A stretch of DNA of 64,000 nucleotides from Mollicutes bacterium (GTDB lineage: Bacteria > Bacillota_I > Bacilli_A > RF39 > UBA660): contig JAAZKW010000010.1 in the NCBI GenBank assembly GCA_012799635.1, positions 3,308 through 67,307 of the forward strand, written 5' to 3'. Under the pieces are notes generated by a model. It was not told where the DNA came from. It ran no database searches and worked only from the letters and a program-made list of their open reading frames with translations. The translations under genes were made by a program, and so were the position numbers. Position 1 is the first letter of the stretch. Every line of letters starts with the position of its first letter. Positions 1-8,902 of this stretch are shown in pieces.

Positions 1-174
1 AGGATAATCTTTTCTTTTTATTAAAAGCACACTAAAATGTTTATCTTTTAATTTACGATAATTTTTCTGATCACCATCTGATACACTAAATATTATAATA
101 TCTGAAGTCATTGATAACTTTTCAAATTCATCAGGATTATAGTTTTTTAAAAACTCTTCTTCACTTTTATACAT
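1..174 (-). CDS. NrtR-like Nudix-related regulator / ADP-ribose pyrophosphatase family protein; only the N-terminal 58 codons are present because the gene runs off the left edge
   Basis: ATG at 172-174 (reverse complement) is preceded by AAGGAGG. The translation is MYKSEEEFLKNYNPDEFEKLSMTSDIIIFSVSDGDQKNYRKLKDKHFSVLLIKRKDYP. The pattern 'LxNYxPxxFxxxxxTxDxxxF' is typical of NrtR-family N-termini. The gene lies at the 3' end of the NAD operon. Confidence 0.45.
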   Translation of the reverse strand, partial: MYKSEEEFLKNYNPDEFEKLSMTSDIIIFSVSDGDQKNYRKLKDKHFSVLLIKRKDYP

Positions 175-191
175 TCTTTAACCTCCTTATA

Positions 192-995
192 TTAATCAGT
201 TAATAATTTCTCATTAATTTTCTTTGGGAAATTATAATGTTTTAATCTTATACATTTAATCGTCTTATCCTTTATTTCTGTTTTAATTTTTTTAACATTA
301 TCAAAATAATAACTATTTCCATCAAAGGAAATATGTAAATCTTTTTTATCAAATTCAGGTTCTACTATAATTTCTTTATGATTAGGAATTATAACTGAAT
401 TACGAAGTGCTCGATATACTTTAGTATTAATCGGAGCAATTGGAGTTATCTGTAAACTATTAAAAGTATTATAAACAATACTACCCCCAAAACTTAAATT
501 ATATGCAGTTGAACCTGTAGATGTTGCTATAAGAATACCATCACCAATAAATCTTTCAAGTAAATCTCCATTTATTTTTATATTAAGTTTAGTGGCTTTT
601 AAATTCTTATCTCTAATCACTATTTCATTTAATGTTAAATAATTATATTTTTTATTATTAGTTTCAATCTCTGTTTCTTGAATACCTATTTCCTCTATTT
701 TAAATTCACCATTTTTTAATTCTTTAATAAAACAATCTACTTCATCAACTTTAATTTCTTGTAAAAAACCAAGTGTTCCAGTATTAATTCCAACATAATA
801 AATATTACTATTAAAATTCATCTTTTTTACCATTCTAAGAAAAGTGCCATCTCCTCCAATTGCAATAACAAGATCACAGTTCTTATCAATAATATATCCA
901 TTAGAAATAAGCTTTTCTTTTATAATATTGCTTATTTCAATTGATTTGTCATCATTATTTGGATATAACCATATCTTCTTTATCATAAAAATCAT
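192..995 (-). CDS. nadK: NAD kinase
   Basis: 267 aa with the GGDGTFL motif (AIGGDGTFLRMV) and a typical ATP-NAD kinase length. The second ATG at 986 has better spacing from AAGGAG, so the true start may be 986. Confidence 0.9.
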   Translation of the reverse strand: MIFMIKKIWLYPNNDDKSIEISNIIKEKLISNGYIIDKNCDLVIAIGGDGTFLRMVKKMNFNSNIYYVGINTGTLGFLQEIKVDEVDCFIKELKNGEFKIEEIGIQETEIETNNKKYNYLTLNEIVIRDKNLKATKLNIKINGDLLERFIGDGILIATSTGSTAYNLSFGGSIVYNTFNSLQITPIAPINTKVYRALRNSVIIPNHKEIIVEPEFDKKDLHISFDGNSYYFDNVKKIKTEIKDKTIKCIRLKHYNFPKKINEKLLTD

Positions 996-1272
996 ACTCC
1001 TTTTTCTATTACTATGTTAGGAAGACTTACAATATTCATTTTATCATCATATAGAGTAATTTTGTTTAATAAATTCTCTTCACATCCATCTTGTAAAAAT
1101 GCTACACATTTATTTAATACAATTAAAGTCTTTTTTAATCCTTTTTTAGTAATTAATTTCTTTTCTATTAATTCACATAATTCTTTATTTTTATTTAAAT
1201 TAACTTCCCTCTAATATATTGTCCAATTAGTCCATGTGTTTTAATTCATTTATCGCTTTCATAAAAACCTCT

Positions 1273-1740
1273 TTAACCAATAATCTTTATTAACATATCT
1301 TTAATTATCTTTACTATTCTCTTTTTATTATCTTCTCGACTAGAATTAATAGTTTTTATTTCTTTGGTATAATATTGATTATTATTTTTATCATAAATGC
1401 TTACAAACACTTTATTATCTTCGCCAAACAAATTATTTATATCAATGTCATTTATTTTTCCTGTAATACCAACTCCATAATCAGAATTTGTATAATTACT
1501 AATTACTAAGCTCATTTCTTTAGCTACTTCTAAACTATATACCGAATATTTATCTATTATATCCTTATTAACACCCATCTTAATTTTAAATTCATTTGAA
1601 TAAGTTACTGCACTAAATTTTAATACATCACTAGAACCGGAAATATTTGTAATAGAATTTACTAAATATCCTCCCGTACATGATTCCATTGTCGCAATTG
1701 TTTTATTAGCTTTTTGTAATAACTCTACTATTATTTTCAT
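1273..1740 (-). CDS. pncC: Nicotinamide-nucleotide amidohydrolase (CinA C-terminal domain type)
   Basis: 155 aa with the MESCTGG motif characteristic of the CinA/PncC domain. It lies within the NAD gene cluster. Confidence 0.8.
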   Translation of the reverse strand: MKIIVELLQKANKTIATMESCTGGYLVNSITNISGSSDVLKFSAVTYSNEFKIKMGVNKDIIDKYSVYSLEVAKEMSLVISNYTNSDYGVGITGKINDIDINNLFGEDNKVFVSIYDKNNNQYYTKEIKTINSSREDNKKRIVKIIKDMLIKIIG

Positions 1741-1757
1741 ATAATCCTCACTAATAT

Positions 1758-2324
1758 TTATCTAACATATAACTTCTTTTCTCTAATATACTTAATTACT
1801 TCTTCATCCAATAAACCTGATAAATCAGTGGTATTACCTTTTTCAATCATTTCTCTTATAATTGTCGAAGAAATCTCTTTATATGAAAAACCGTCTACAA
1901 ATATAAAATTTTTATGTTTTGAAAAATCTACTATTTCACTAAATGATGGCATATTATCTCTGGGTAAAACGATAATTTTATATTCTAATAATTCTTCAAA
2001 GTTTTTCCACAAATGAAATTTAGGTAAATTATCTGAGCCTATTATTAAATATAATTCTTTTTCTCTACTTTTTAATGCTCTTAAAATTTGATACGTATAT
2101 TCTAAATGATTAAGATTTTTGTTAATTATTATTCTATTTGTCTTATAAAACTCTAACATCTTTATTCTGTCTTTTATATCAATCAAATCTTTTTTATCCC
2201 AATAATTACCCGTAGGTACTATCTCAATTATATCAACATATTTATTATTTAACAAATAATCAATTATGGCTTTATGTCCCTTATGTACAGGATTAAAACT
2301 ACCTACATATACTCCGACTTTCAT
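1758..2324 (-). CDS. nadD: Nicotinate-nucleotide adenylyltransferase
   Basis: 188 aa with the GSFNPVHKGH motif (GxFxPxHxGH nucleotidyltransferase motif) and C-terminal ISSTxIR. Confidence 0.9.
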   Translation of the reverse strand: MKVGVYVGSFNPVHKGHKAIIDYLLNNKYVDIIEIVPTGNYWDKKDLIDIKDRIKMLEFYKTNRIIINKNLNHLEYTYQILRALKSREKELYLIIGSDNLPKFHLWKNFEELLEYKIIVLPRDNMPSFSEIVDFSKHKNFIFVDGFSYKEISSTIIREMIEKGNTTDLSGLLDEEVIKYIREKKLYVR

Positions 2325-2341
2325 ATTTTATCCTTCTTTCA

Positions 2342-3103
2342 TTAATTGTTTTTTATATAGGTTGGTATTTTAAATTTATGGCTACTGTTATCACGTAATG
2401 TTCTAATTTTTTTTGCAATATCATCATTTACACTATTAGGATTTTCCATGTAGCTAGCAATATCTTTATATTTAACTCCTAATTTTTCTTCATCAGACAT
2501 TCCAGATAATCCGTCATCAGGAGTTTTATACAATACTTTTTCAGGAACCTTTAAATATTTGCCAATAGCAATAACTTCATCTACTGTAAGATCAGCTATA
2601 AGAGCAATATCATGTGCTGAATCTGCTCCTTTTGTAAAATATCCTACATATATTTCACACTTATTTGAAGTTCCTACTACTAAATAAGTTTTACCTTTTA
2701 ATGCACTATATAATGCCGCTAAATAATATAACGTTGCCATTCTTAATCTCGGTTTTAAATTAATATCAGAATTTTTAGTTTCAATATCACTAAAATTACC
2801 TAAATTATTAAGCTCATTTTTAAAGGAATCATAAACACCAGTAAGATCAAAGTTAATTAATTCAAAACCATAATAATCACTTACTAATTTTGCATCTATT
2901 TTATCATCTTCATGTGAATGGCATGGCATCGTTACTCCAATTACATTTTCTTTGCCTAAAGCCTTAGTTAATAGCCCAGCTACAACACCACTATCTTTAC
3001 CACCACTAATTCCTAAAATAGCCCCCTTTAGATTATTTGTTTCATAATAATTTCTAACAAATTTAACTATTCTTTCCGTTTCTTTTTTTGCATCAAATTT
3101 CAT
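2342..3103 (-). CDS. nadE: Ammonia-dependent NAD+ synthetase
   Basis: 253 aa with the SGGKDS PP-loop (LGISGGKDSGV) and the size expected for NadE. Confidence 0.9.
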   Translation of the reverse strand: MKFDAKKETERIVKFVRNYYETNNLKGAILGISGGKDSGVVAGLLTKALGKENVIGVTMPCHSHEDDKIDAKLVSDYYGFELINFDLTGVYDSFKNELNNLGNFSDIETKNSDINLKPRLRMATLYYLAALYSALKGKTYLVVGTSNKCEIYVGYFTKGADSAHDIALIADLTVDEVIAIGKYLKVPEKVLYKTPDDGLSGMSDEEKLGVKYKDIASYMENPNSVNDDIAKKIRTLRDNSSHKFKIPTYIKNN

Positions 3104-3702
3104 TTTTTATTCCTAACTTTCATATATTTTTTAGCTCTTTCTAGAGTAATAATCGCATTACACCCTTCAATATAACCCATATTTATAAGCTCCAAAGCTT
3201 CATCATAATAACAATTAAAATATTTTATGTACTCACCTTCATCCAAATGTTGATTTCCTGCTTTATAGCAATCAAGAGCAAGGAAACATTCATTATAAGC
3301 ACTCGAACATCCCATATCTTGATAAAAGCCTCCCAATGATATTAATCTTTTAGGCATATAGCCAATTTCTTCTTCTAATTCTCTAACTGCAGCACCATAA
3401 GATGGTTCTTTTTTCTCAATATATCCTGCAGGTAATCCAATACCTACTGTTCTTTTGGAAAACACTCTTGGTTCAACAATTAATATTACTTTATCATCTT
3501 CAATTACAGGAAGGATAATAACAGCACTACCCTCCTTTTCTCCTTTTATGATCTTTTCTCTTTTAATCATTTGACCATTATTTAAATAGCACTGATATAC
3601 CTCACTTTTTAAAAAGGAGCATGGCTCAAATAACCTTTCTTTATTAACTGTTTTTAACTCTTCTATTAAATGGTGTAATTCTTCTAATTTTTCTTTTCTC
3701 AT
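3100..3702 (-). CDS. Nudix hydrolase, probably ADP-ribose pyrophosphatase
   Basis: 200 aa with the Nudix box GYIEKKEPSYGAAVRELEEEIGY. It overlaps nadE by 4 nt, suggesting translational coupling. Confidence 0.75.
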   Translation of the reverse strand: MRKEKLEELHHLIEELKTVNKERLFEPCSFLKSEVYQCYLNNGQMIKREKIIKGEKEGSAVIILPVIEDDKVILIVEPRVFSKRTVGIGLPAGYIEKKEPSYGAAVRELEEEIGYMPKRLISLGGFYQDMGCSSAYNECFLALDCYKAGNQHLDEGEYIKYFNCYYDEALELINMGYIEGCNAIITLERAKKYMKVRNKK

Positions 3703-3705
3703 CTA

Positions 3706-5169
3706 TTATGATCTGCTCCTTACGGGTGTAGTTTCTTCTAATGCTCTTTTTTGATGTTCTTCAATTAAACGATTCTTTAAATCAAGTAATTTTTGAGATA
3801 AATCAACATAATATTCATGCGGATTAGTAAGTCTTTTAATTTCTGGATAAAATGTCATAAATTCATTGTAACAATATTCTTTTCTTTCTTCAACACTAGG
3901 TAATTGATAAACTAACTTTCCATTTATATATATTGGAACTTGCATTTCTCTTAAGTTATAATTTCTAAGGGTAGTTTGTTTCCAATTTTCTACAGGATGA
4001 ATTAAAGTATATTGTTCTAGAGGAATCTTTTCATCAGCAAGAGCTATTAAATCTCCTAAAGCATAACCATTATTTTTATCATAAAACCTGTAAACCTTTT
4101 TATACCCTGGATTTATAGTTTTAATAGTATCTTCACTAACCTTCATTTTAGGTATAATTACCCCATCTTTTTCTGTTGCTACTAACTTATAAACACCACC
4201 AACTCTTTCTTTTGCTGCTGCTATATTATCTCCAACTCCTAAACTATCAAAGCTTGCACCTTGCATTACTAAGTCTCTTATTGTATATTCATTTAATCCA
4301 TTTGATAAACATATCGTAGCATCTTTAAAACCACTATCATCCAACATTTTACGTGCTTCATTTGATAAGTACGCTAAATCACCACTATCAATTCTAATCC
4401 CCTTAAACTTATGTCCATTTGGAATTAAATATTCTTTAGCTACCTTTATAGCATTTGGAATTCCACTTCTTAAAGTATCATAAGTATCAACTAAAAATAC
4501 GCAATTATCAGGATTACTTTTAGCATAATTTAAAAATGCTTCATACTCAGTATCTGCTTCTGTTATTAAAGAATGAGCCATTGTTCCCATAACAGGTATT
4601 TTATATTTCATTCCTGAATAAGTATTTGAAGTTCCTACACATCCTCCTATATAAGCATATTTACTTGCTTCTATAGCTGAATCCTCACCCCTAGCCCTTC
4701 TAGCTCCAAATTCCATAACTGCTTTGCCATTTGCTTCATTAGTTATTCTCCTAGCAGCTGTAGTAACTAAACTTGCATGATTGAAATTAGCTAATAAAGC
4801 CGTCTCAATTATCTGAGCCTCAATTATTTTTGCTTTAACAGTCATTACTGGCTCATTAGGAAATATTGGTGTTCCATCAGGAATTGCATATATATCCCCA
4901 GTAAATTTAAGATTTTTTAAATAGCTTAAAAATTCTTCACTAAATTTTCCTAGACTTCTCAAATAATTAATTTCTTTTTCACTAAATTTAAAATTTTTAA
5001 TGTATTCAATTATATTATCTAATCCCCCACTTATTGTATATCCGCCATTAAAAGGATTTTTTCTAAAAAATAAATCAAAATAAACTTTTTCATCTTCTTT
5101 ACCTTGATCAAAATAAGTTTGAGCCATGGTAAGTTCATAAAAATCAGTCATTAAAGTTTTATTTGCCAT
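3706..5169 (-). CDS. pncB: Nicotinate phosphoribosyltransferase
   Basis: 487 aa with the N-terminus LMTDFYELTMAQTYF typical of NAPRTase, and a matching length. Confidence 0.9.
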   Translation of the reverse strand: MANKTLMTDFYELTMAQTYFDQGKEDEKVYFDLFFRKNPFNGGYTISGGLDNIIEYIKNFKFSEKEINYLRSLGKFSEEFLSYLKNLKFTGDIYAIPDGTPIFPNEPVMTVKAKIIEAQIIETALLANFNHASLVTTAARRITNEANGKAVMEFGARRARGEDSAIEASKYAYIGGCVGTSNTYSGMKYKIPVMGTMAHSLITEADTEYEAFLNYAKSNPDNCVFLVDTYDTLRSGIPNAIKVAKEYLIPNGHKFKGIRIDSGDLAYLSNEARKMLDDSGFKDATICLSNGLNEYTIRDLVMQGASFDSLGVGDNIAAAKERVGGVYKLVATEKDGVIIPKMKVSEDTIKTINPGYKKVYRFYDKNNGYALGDLIALADEKIPLEQYTLIHPVENWKQTTLRNYNLREMQVPIYINGKLVYQLPSVEERKEYCYNEFMTFYPEIKRLTNPHEYYVDLSQKLLDLKNRLIEEHQKRALEETTPVRSRS

Positions 5170-5171
5170 AT

Positions 5172-5789
5172 CTATCTTCTCCTTTCATATTTTTTCACTA
5201 ACTGTATTCCAGCTTGATCCATTAATTTATATGCCATTTGAGTATATTCATCCCTACTATGACCTGGAGCATCATATGTTTCAACAGCATTAGTTGGAAC
5301 AACAATTCTTACATCTCTATTAAATTCATCGAAGTAATTTTGAAGTGGAATCGCAAGGTTGATATCACAAATATCAGTACAACATCCTGCAATTACAACT
5401 TCTCTTAAATATTTCATTTGCTCAATATCAGAAACAAAACCTGGAGCAAACATTGCACTAGTAGAATTTTTCGGATAAACAAGAGCATCCTTTTCAAAAG
5501 GTTTGAACTCATCAATTAGCTCTGCTTCTTTAGTACCAATAACACAATGTTCTGGATACCTTTTAAATTCACTGCAACCTAGTTCATGATTATCCTTGAT
5601 AAATGCAATACCTGCATCACTTCTTTGAAACATGTTAATTAATCTAAGTTGTTCTGGAATTATATGCGCTATATATGGATCAGCCATATTTCCCTCTCTA
5701 ACAAAGCCATTAACCATATCAACTATAATAAGCAAGTCTTTAATTTTCTCTAGCCTTTCTCTTTTCATTTCTAACTTTTCTTTTTTCAT
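5172..5789 (-). CDS. pncA: Nicotinamidase / isochorismatase-family hydrolase
   Basis: 205 aa with an isochorismatase-like fold signature (LIIVDMVNGF ... IAGCCTDICD). It is the first gene of the NAD operon and lies directly upstream of pncB. Confidence 0.75.
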   Translation of the reverse strand: MKKEKLEMKRERLEKIKDLLIIVDMVNGFVREGNMADPYIAHIIPEQLRLINMFQRSDAGIAFIKDNHELGCSEFKRYPEHCVIGTKEAELIDEFKPFEKDALVYPKNSTSAMFAPGFVSDIEQMKYLREVVIAGCCTDICDINLAIPLQNYFDEFNRDVRIVVPTNAVETYDAPGHSRDEYTQMAYKLMDQAGIQLVKKYERRR

Positions 5790-5806
5790 AATATCCTCTC
5801 CTTCTT

Positions 5807-5886
5807 TGTTATTAACATTTTATTAATAACAATAGTTAAAAATTTTAGACAGTTGGCTGTCTGTTATTAACATTTTATTAAAAACA
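5807..5886. promoter_or_regulatory. Two near-identical 25-bp palindromes flanking a 6-bp-stem inverted repeat in the pncA divergent promoter region; candidate operator sites
   Basis: TGTTATTAAcattttaTTAATAACA lies at 5807-5831 and TGTTATTAAcattttaTTAAAAACA at 5862-5886. The first 20 nt of the two sites are identical. AGACAGttggCTGTCT lies at 5847-5862 between them. Confidence 0.5.
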
Positions 5887-5992
5887 AATCCATTTGTCAA
5901 GCTTTTTTTATTAATTTGACAAAAAATAATAAAAAAGTTATGATTTTAATACCAATAGAAAGATATTTTTAGAGCATTATCCGGAGGGAAAA

Positions 5993-6856
5993 ATGGATTC
6001 ACTAATTATAATTCTTATAAAATCAATTACTACTTTCATCACTCAGTATGGAAAAAGCATATTATTAATGTGGTTTGCCACTACTACTGCTGCTTATATT
6101 ACACAGTTTTTTAGTAGTATAAGAGTTTTAAAAGATGCCGCTGACAAAGGTTTTTTAATTGATATGGATAAACTATCAAATATCGAAAAAGAAACAAATC
6201 AAAGTTTTAGAAATGTTGCCTTTCACCAAATGTTAATTCCTTTTAAAAATATATGGGAAGTTTTTAAAAAAGCTAATGAATATGATAAAATGAGGCCATC
6301 AATAATACATACCCTAAATGAACTTTGTTGTTTGATTAAAATGAATCCAAGACAAATAAAAGAATATAATTCTAAACCAACAACATTAAATGCTTTTGCC
6401 TTATCTTATAATATGAAAGAAGAATTAAGCTCTGAAGGATTCATTATTTCGGTAGAAAAGGATAATGGAGAATGTGATAGTAAAATAGAATTTAGACTTG
6501 AGGAAAATGGTGATGTTATTATTACCGAGACCGAAGGCGCAATATCACGGTTATCACTAGAAGAACAAAAAAATGGTGTTTTAGACAATTTAACACTTAT
6601 AGGCGCATTAATAAATATAGCAAATAGCTACTATGAAATTGATGATGATTTAGATGATATAATAGATAATATTGATGAGCTTGATGAAGAAATTGATGAA
6701 ATAAATAATGATTTAGATGTCGTTTTAGCTCAAAGAGAATATTTATTAGATGCAAGAGAAATGCTTTTAACTTTAAAAAGAAATGAATTTCAAACATTTA
6801 ATGTATATTCTTCAGAAGAAAATGCTACTAGACGTTTAAAAATAATAAAAAAATAA
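5993..6856 (+). CDS. Hypothetical membrane-associated protein with an acidic coiled-coil C-terminus
   Basis: 287 aa with a GGAGGG RBS. The N-terminus is hydrophobic and the C-terminal region is D/E/I-rich. No motif was recognised. Confidence 0.6.
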   Translation: MDSLIIILIKSITTFITQYGKSILLMWFATTTAAYITQFFSSIRVLKDAADKGFLIDMDKLSNIEKETNQSFRNVAFHQMLIPFKNIWEVFKKANEYDKMRPSIIHTLNELCCLIKMNPRQIKEYNSKPTTLNAFALSYNMKEELSSEGFIISVEKDNGECDSKIEFRLEENGDVIITETEGAISRLSLEEQKNGVLDNLTLIGALINIANSYYEIDDDLDDIIDNIDELDEEIDEINNDLDVVLAQREYLLDAREMLLTLKRNEFQTFNVYSSEENATRRLKIIKK

Positions 6857-6869
6857 CTGGGACATAAAA

Positions 6870-7422
6870 TTATGTTCTAGTTTTATTTATATAATCTAAA
6901 TATGCTTGAATTAGATCAAAATCTATTATATTTCCTGGAACTTCATCTGGATAAAAAAATTCTAGTCTTTTTGTTTCAAAATTCCCTTTTAAATTTTTTA
7001 TATCTTCTAAAGATATATCAGCCAAATACAAAGAAGTATTATTATAAACAATATCCCCGTTTTTCGGCTCGCTCCTGATAAAGTATCAATTAATTTTATT
7101 TTACTTGAATCTAACCTAATGCCCGTTTCTTCATAAGCTTCCCTAACAGCAGTGTCTTTTAAATCTTCCCCCAAATCTTGACAACCTCCTGGTAGTCCCC
7201 ATTTATTTCTATCAGTTCTTTCTTGCAATAATATTTGCCCTCTTCATTTCTTATAATAATAGCAGCACCAGTCTGTATAAAAGGAATATGGCTAATACGT
7301 TTATCTAAAGCCATTCTAAATAATACGGGGTATCCCCCATAATTTTTACTTAACTCTAATAACTCTTCTTAGGTTAAACTCATTACTAATTTTACAAATT
7401 CTTCATGAGTATAATTTCTCAT
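6870..7422 (-). pseudogene. Nudix hydrolase pseudogene (multiple frame disruptions)
   Basis: The Nudix box GLPGGCQDLGEDLKDTAVREAYEETGI lies in the 7007-7228 ORF. The N-terminal part (MRNYTHEEFVKLVMSLT*, then ...GAAIIIRNEEGK) and the C-terminal part (YFIRSEPKNGDIVYNNTSLYLADISLEDIKNLKG...) are in other frames. At least three lesions are present. Confidence 0.7.
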
Positions 7423-7426
7423 GTTT

Positions 7427-8200
7427 TTAAACTTCATATGACGATCTCCTTTTAAATTTTATGATCAAAGTACTAGGACAATTTTCTACCTTTTCTTTTT
7501 TCCAATAAGTACTTTTATATCCCTTTACATCATCTTTTAATATTGTTTCTTCTTCTAAAATTTTATCTACATAAAAGCCTGCTTCATTAGCGGTATTAAT
7601 TATTGTAGAAATCATTAAATTTTTTTGTGCAAGATTTACTTTATCTTGCCCTTTTGTTATTATTTCGCTTTCTTCATTAAAATAAGATTTATTAATAATT
7701 ACTTTTGCATCCAAAATATCTAAACAACGATAAAAAGGATGAGTCCAACTAATAATCATTGAACCATTTTTATTTAAATATTTATTAACATTTTTTAATG
7801 TTTTTAATAAATCAGATGTATAGCCAATACTAAAAATAAATATTACATAGTCAAAATAATTATTGGGAATATTAACTTCTTCTTCCATCGGAGAAATTAT
7901 AAAATTATCTTTATATTTTGGGAATCTCTTTTGAGCTTCTAATATTTGTTCTTTTGATATATCTAAACCCCAAATTTCTGATGCTCCTTTTTTATATAAA
8001 TACTCTAACGATCCCCCACTTCCACACCCAATATCTAATACTTTTGCATTTTTTATATTATCAATAAGATTTAATTCATCTTCATTTCTTTTTAAAAAAG
8101 GTCCATATTCTGGTAATACAGTATTAGAAAAAGGGGCGTTATTCTTTATTAAATGGTTCCATCCATCTTCATTCATTTTTATAAAATCTTCATTTTTCAT
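7427..8200 (-). CDS. Class I SAM-dependent methyltransferase
   Basis: 257 aa with SAM-binding motif I, VLDIGCGSGGS. Confidence 0.8.
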   Translation of the reverse strand: MKNEDFIKMNEDGWNHLIKNNAPFSNTVLPEYGPFLKRNEDELNLIDNIKNAKVLDIGCGSGGSLEYLYKKGASEIWGLDISKEQILEAQKRFPKYKDNFIISPMEEEVNIPNNYFDYVIFIFSIGYTSDLLKTLKNVNKYLNKNGSMIISWTHPFYRCLDILDAKVIINKSYFNEESEIITKGQDKVNLAQKNLMISTIINTANEAGFYVDKILEEETILKDDVKGYKSTYWKKEKVENCPSTLIIKFKRRSSYEV

Positions 8201-8285
8201 AACAGCCTCCTATGGTATATTATACTTTTATTGTTGCAATTAATAAATAATAATTCAAATTATTAAAAAAGGGTTAGTTTAAACC

Positions 8286-8810
8286 CTATTTTCTATTAAG
8301 TTCTTCTTCTAAACCAAATCTTTCTCTTTCTTCATCTGTAAGTGATAAAACGTATGCTAAATCTTTATTTGCTGAATTATTTCGCGCCCAAAAATCAAAA
8401 TATATTAGATATTGTTCTTCTGTTTCCCCTTCCAATCTTGGGCGGGGGCTTTTATCATGTAGCATTTGCGAGTATAAATACTCCTTTTTCAAAGAACGCA
8501 TATCGCCTTTTAATCCATAACTTACCACATCAGTCCTTAAATTAAACTTTCTAGCATTGTCTAATAAATATTTTGCTGCAACATAATGATTTAATTCCAA
8601 AGCTAACGCAATTGCATTGCCCTTTCTGCCAAACCTAGGTAAAGCCAAATTATCGCCAGAAACTAACACAAGAGAATCTAGAACAGCCTTATCTTCTTCA
8701 ACCCCATAATAGTGAGACATGAACATACTCCATGCTATACCTGCAGCACCAATAAAATCATTGTTTTCCTTCTTCATTTGCTCAATTGTTTCTTGATTTA
8801 TTTCCATCAT
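8286..8810 (-). CDS. Hypothetical protein
   Basis: The ORF is open to 8843, but the ATGATG at 8810 follows AAGGAGAG. No motif was recognised. Confidence 0.55.
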   Translation of the reverse strand: MMEINQETIEQMKKENNDFIGAAGIAWSMFMSHYYGVEEDKAVLDSLVLVSGDNLALPRFGRKGNAIALALELNHYVAAKYLLDNARKFNLRTDVVSYGLKGDMRSLKKEYLYSQMLHDKSPRPRLEGETEEQYLIYFDFWARNNSANKDLAYVLSLTDEERERFGLEEELNRK

Positions 8811-8902
8811 AATAACTCTCCTTTTTTTTATATAATACCACATTATTATTTTTTTACAATATACCTTATATAAACACTAATAATATAATATTCCAACTTT
8901 TA

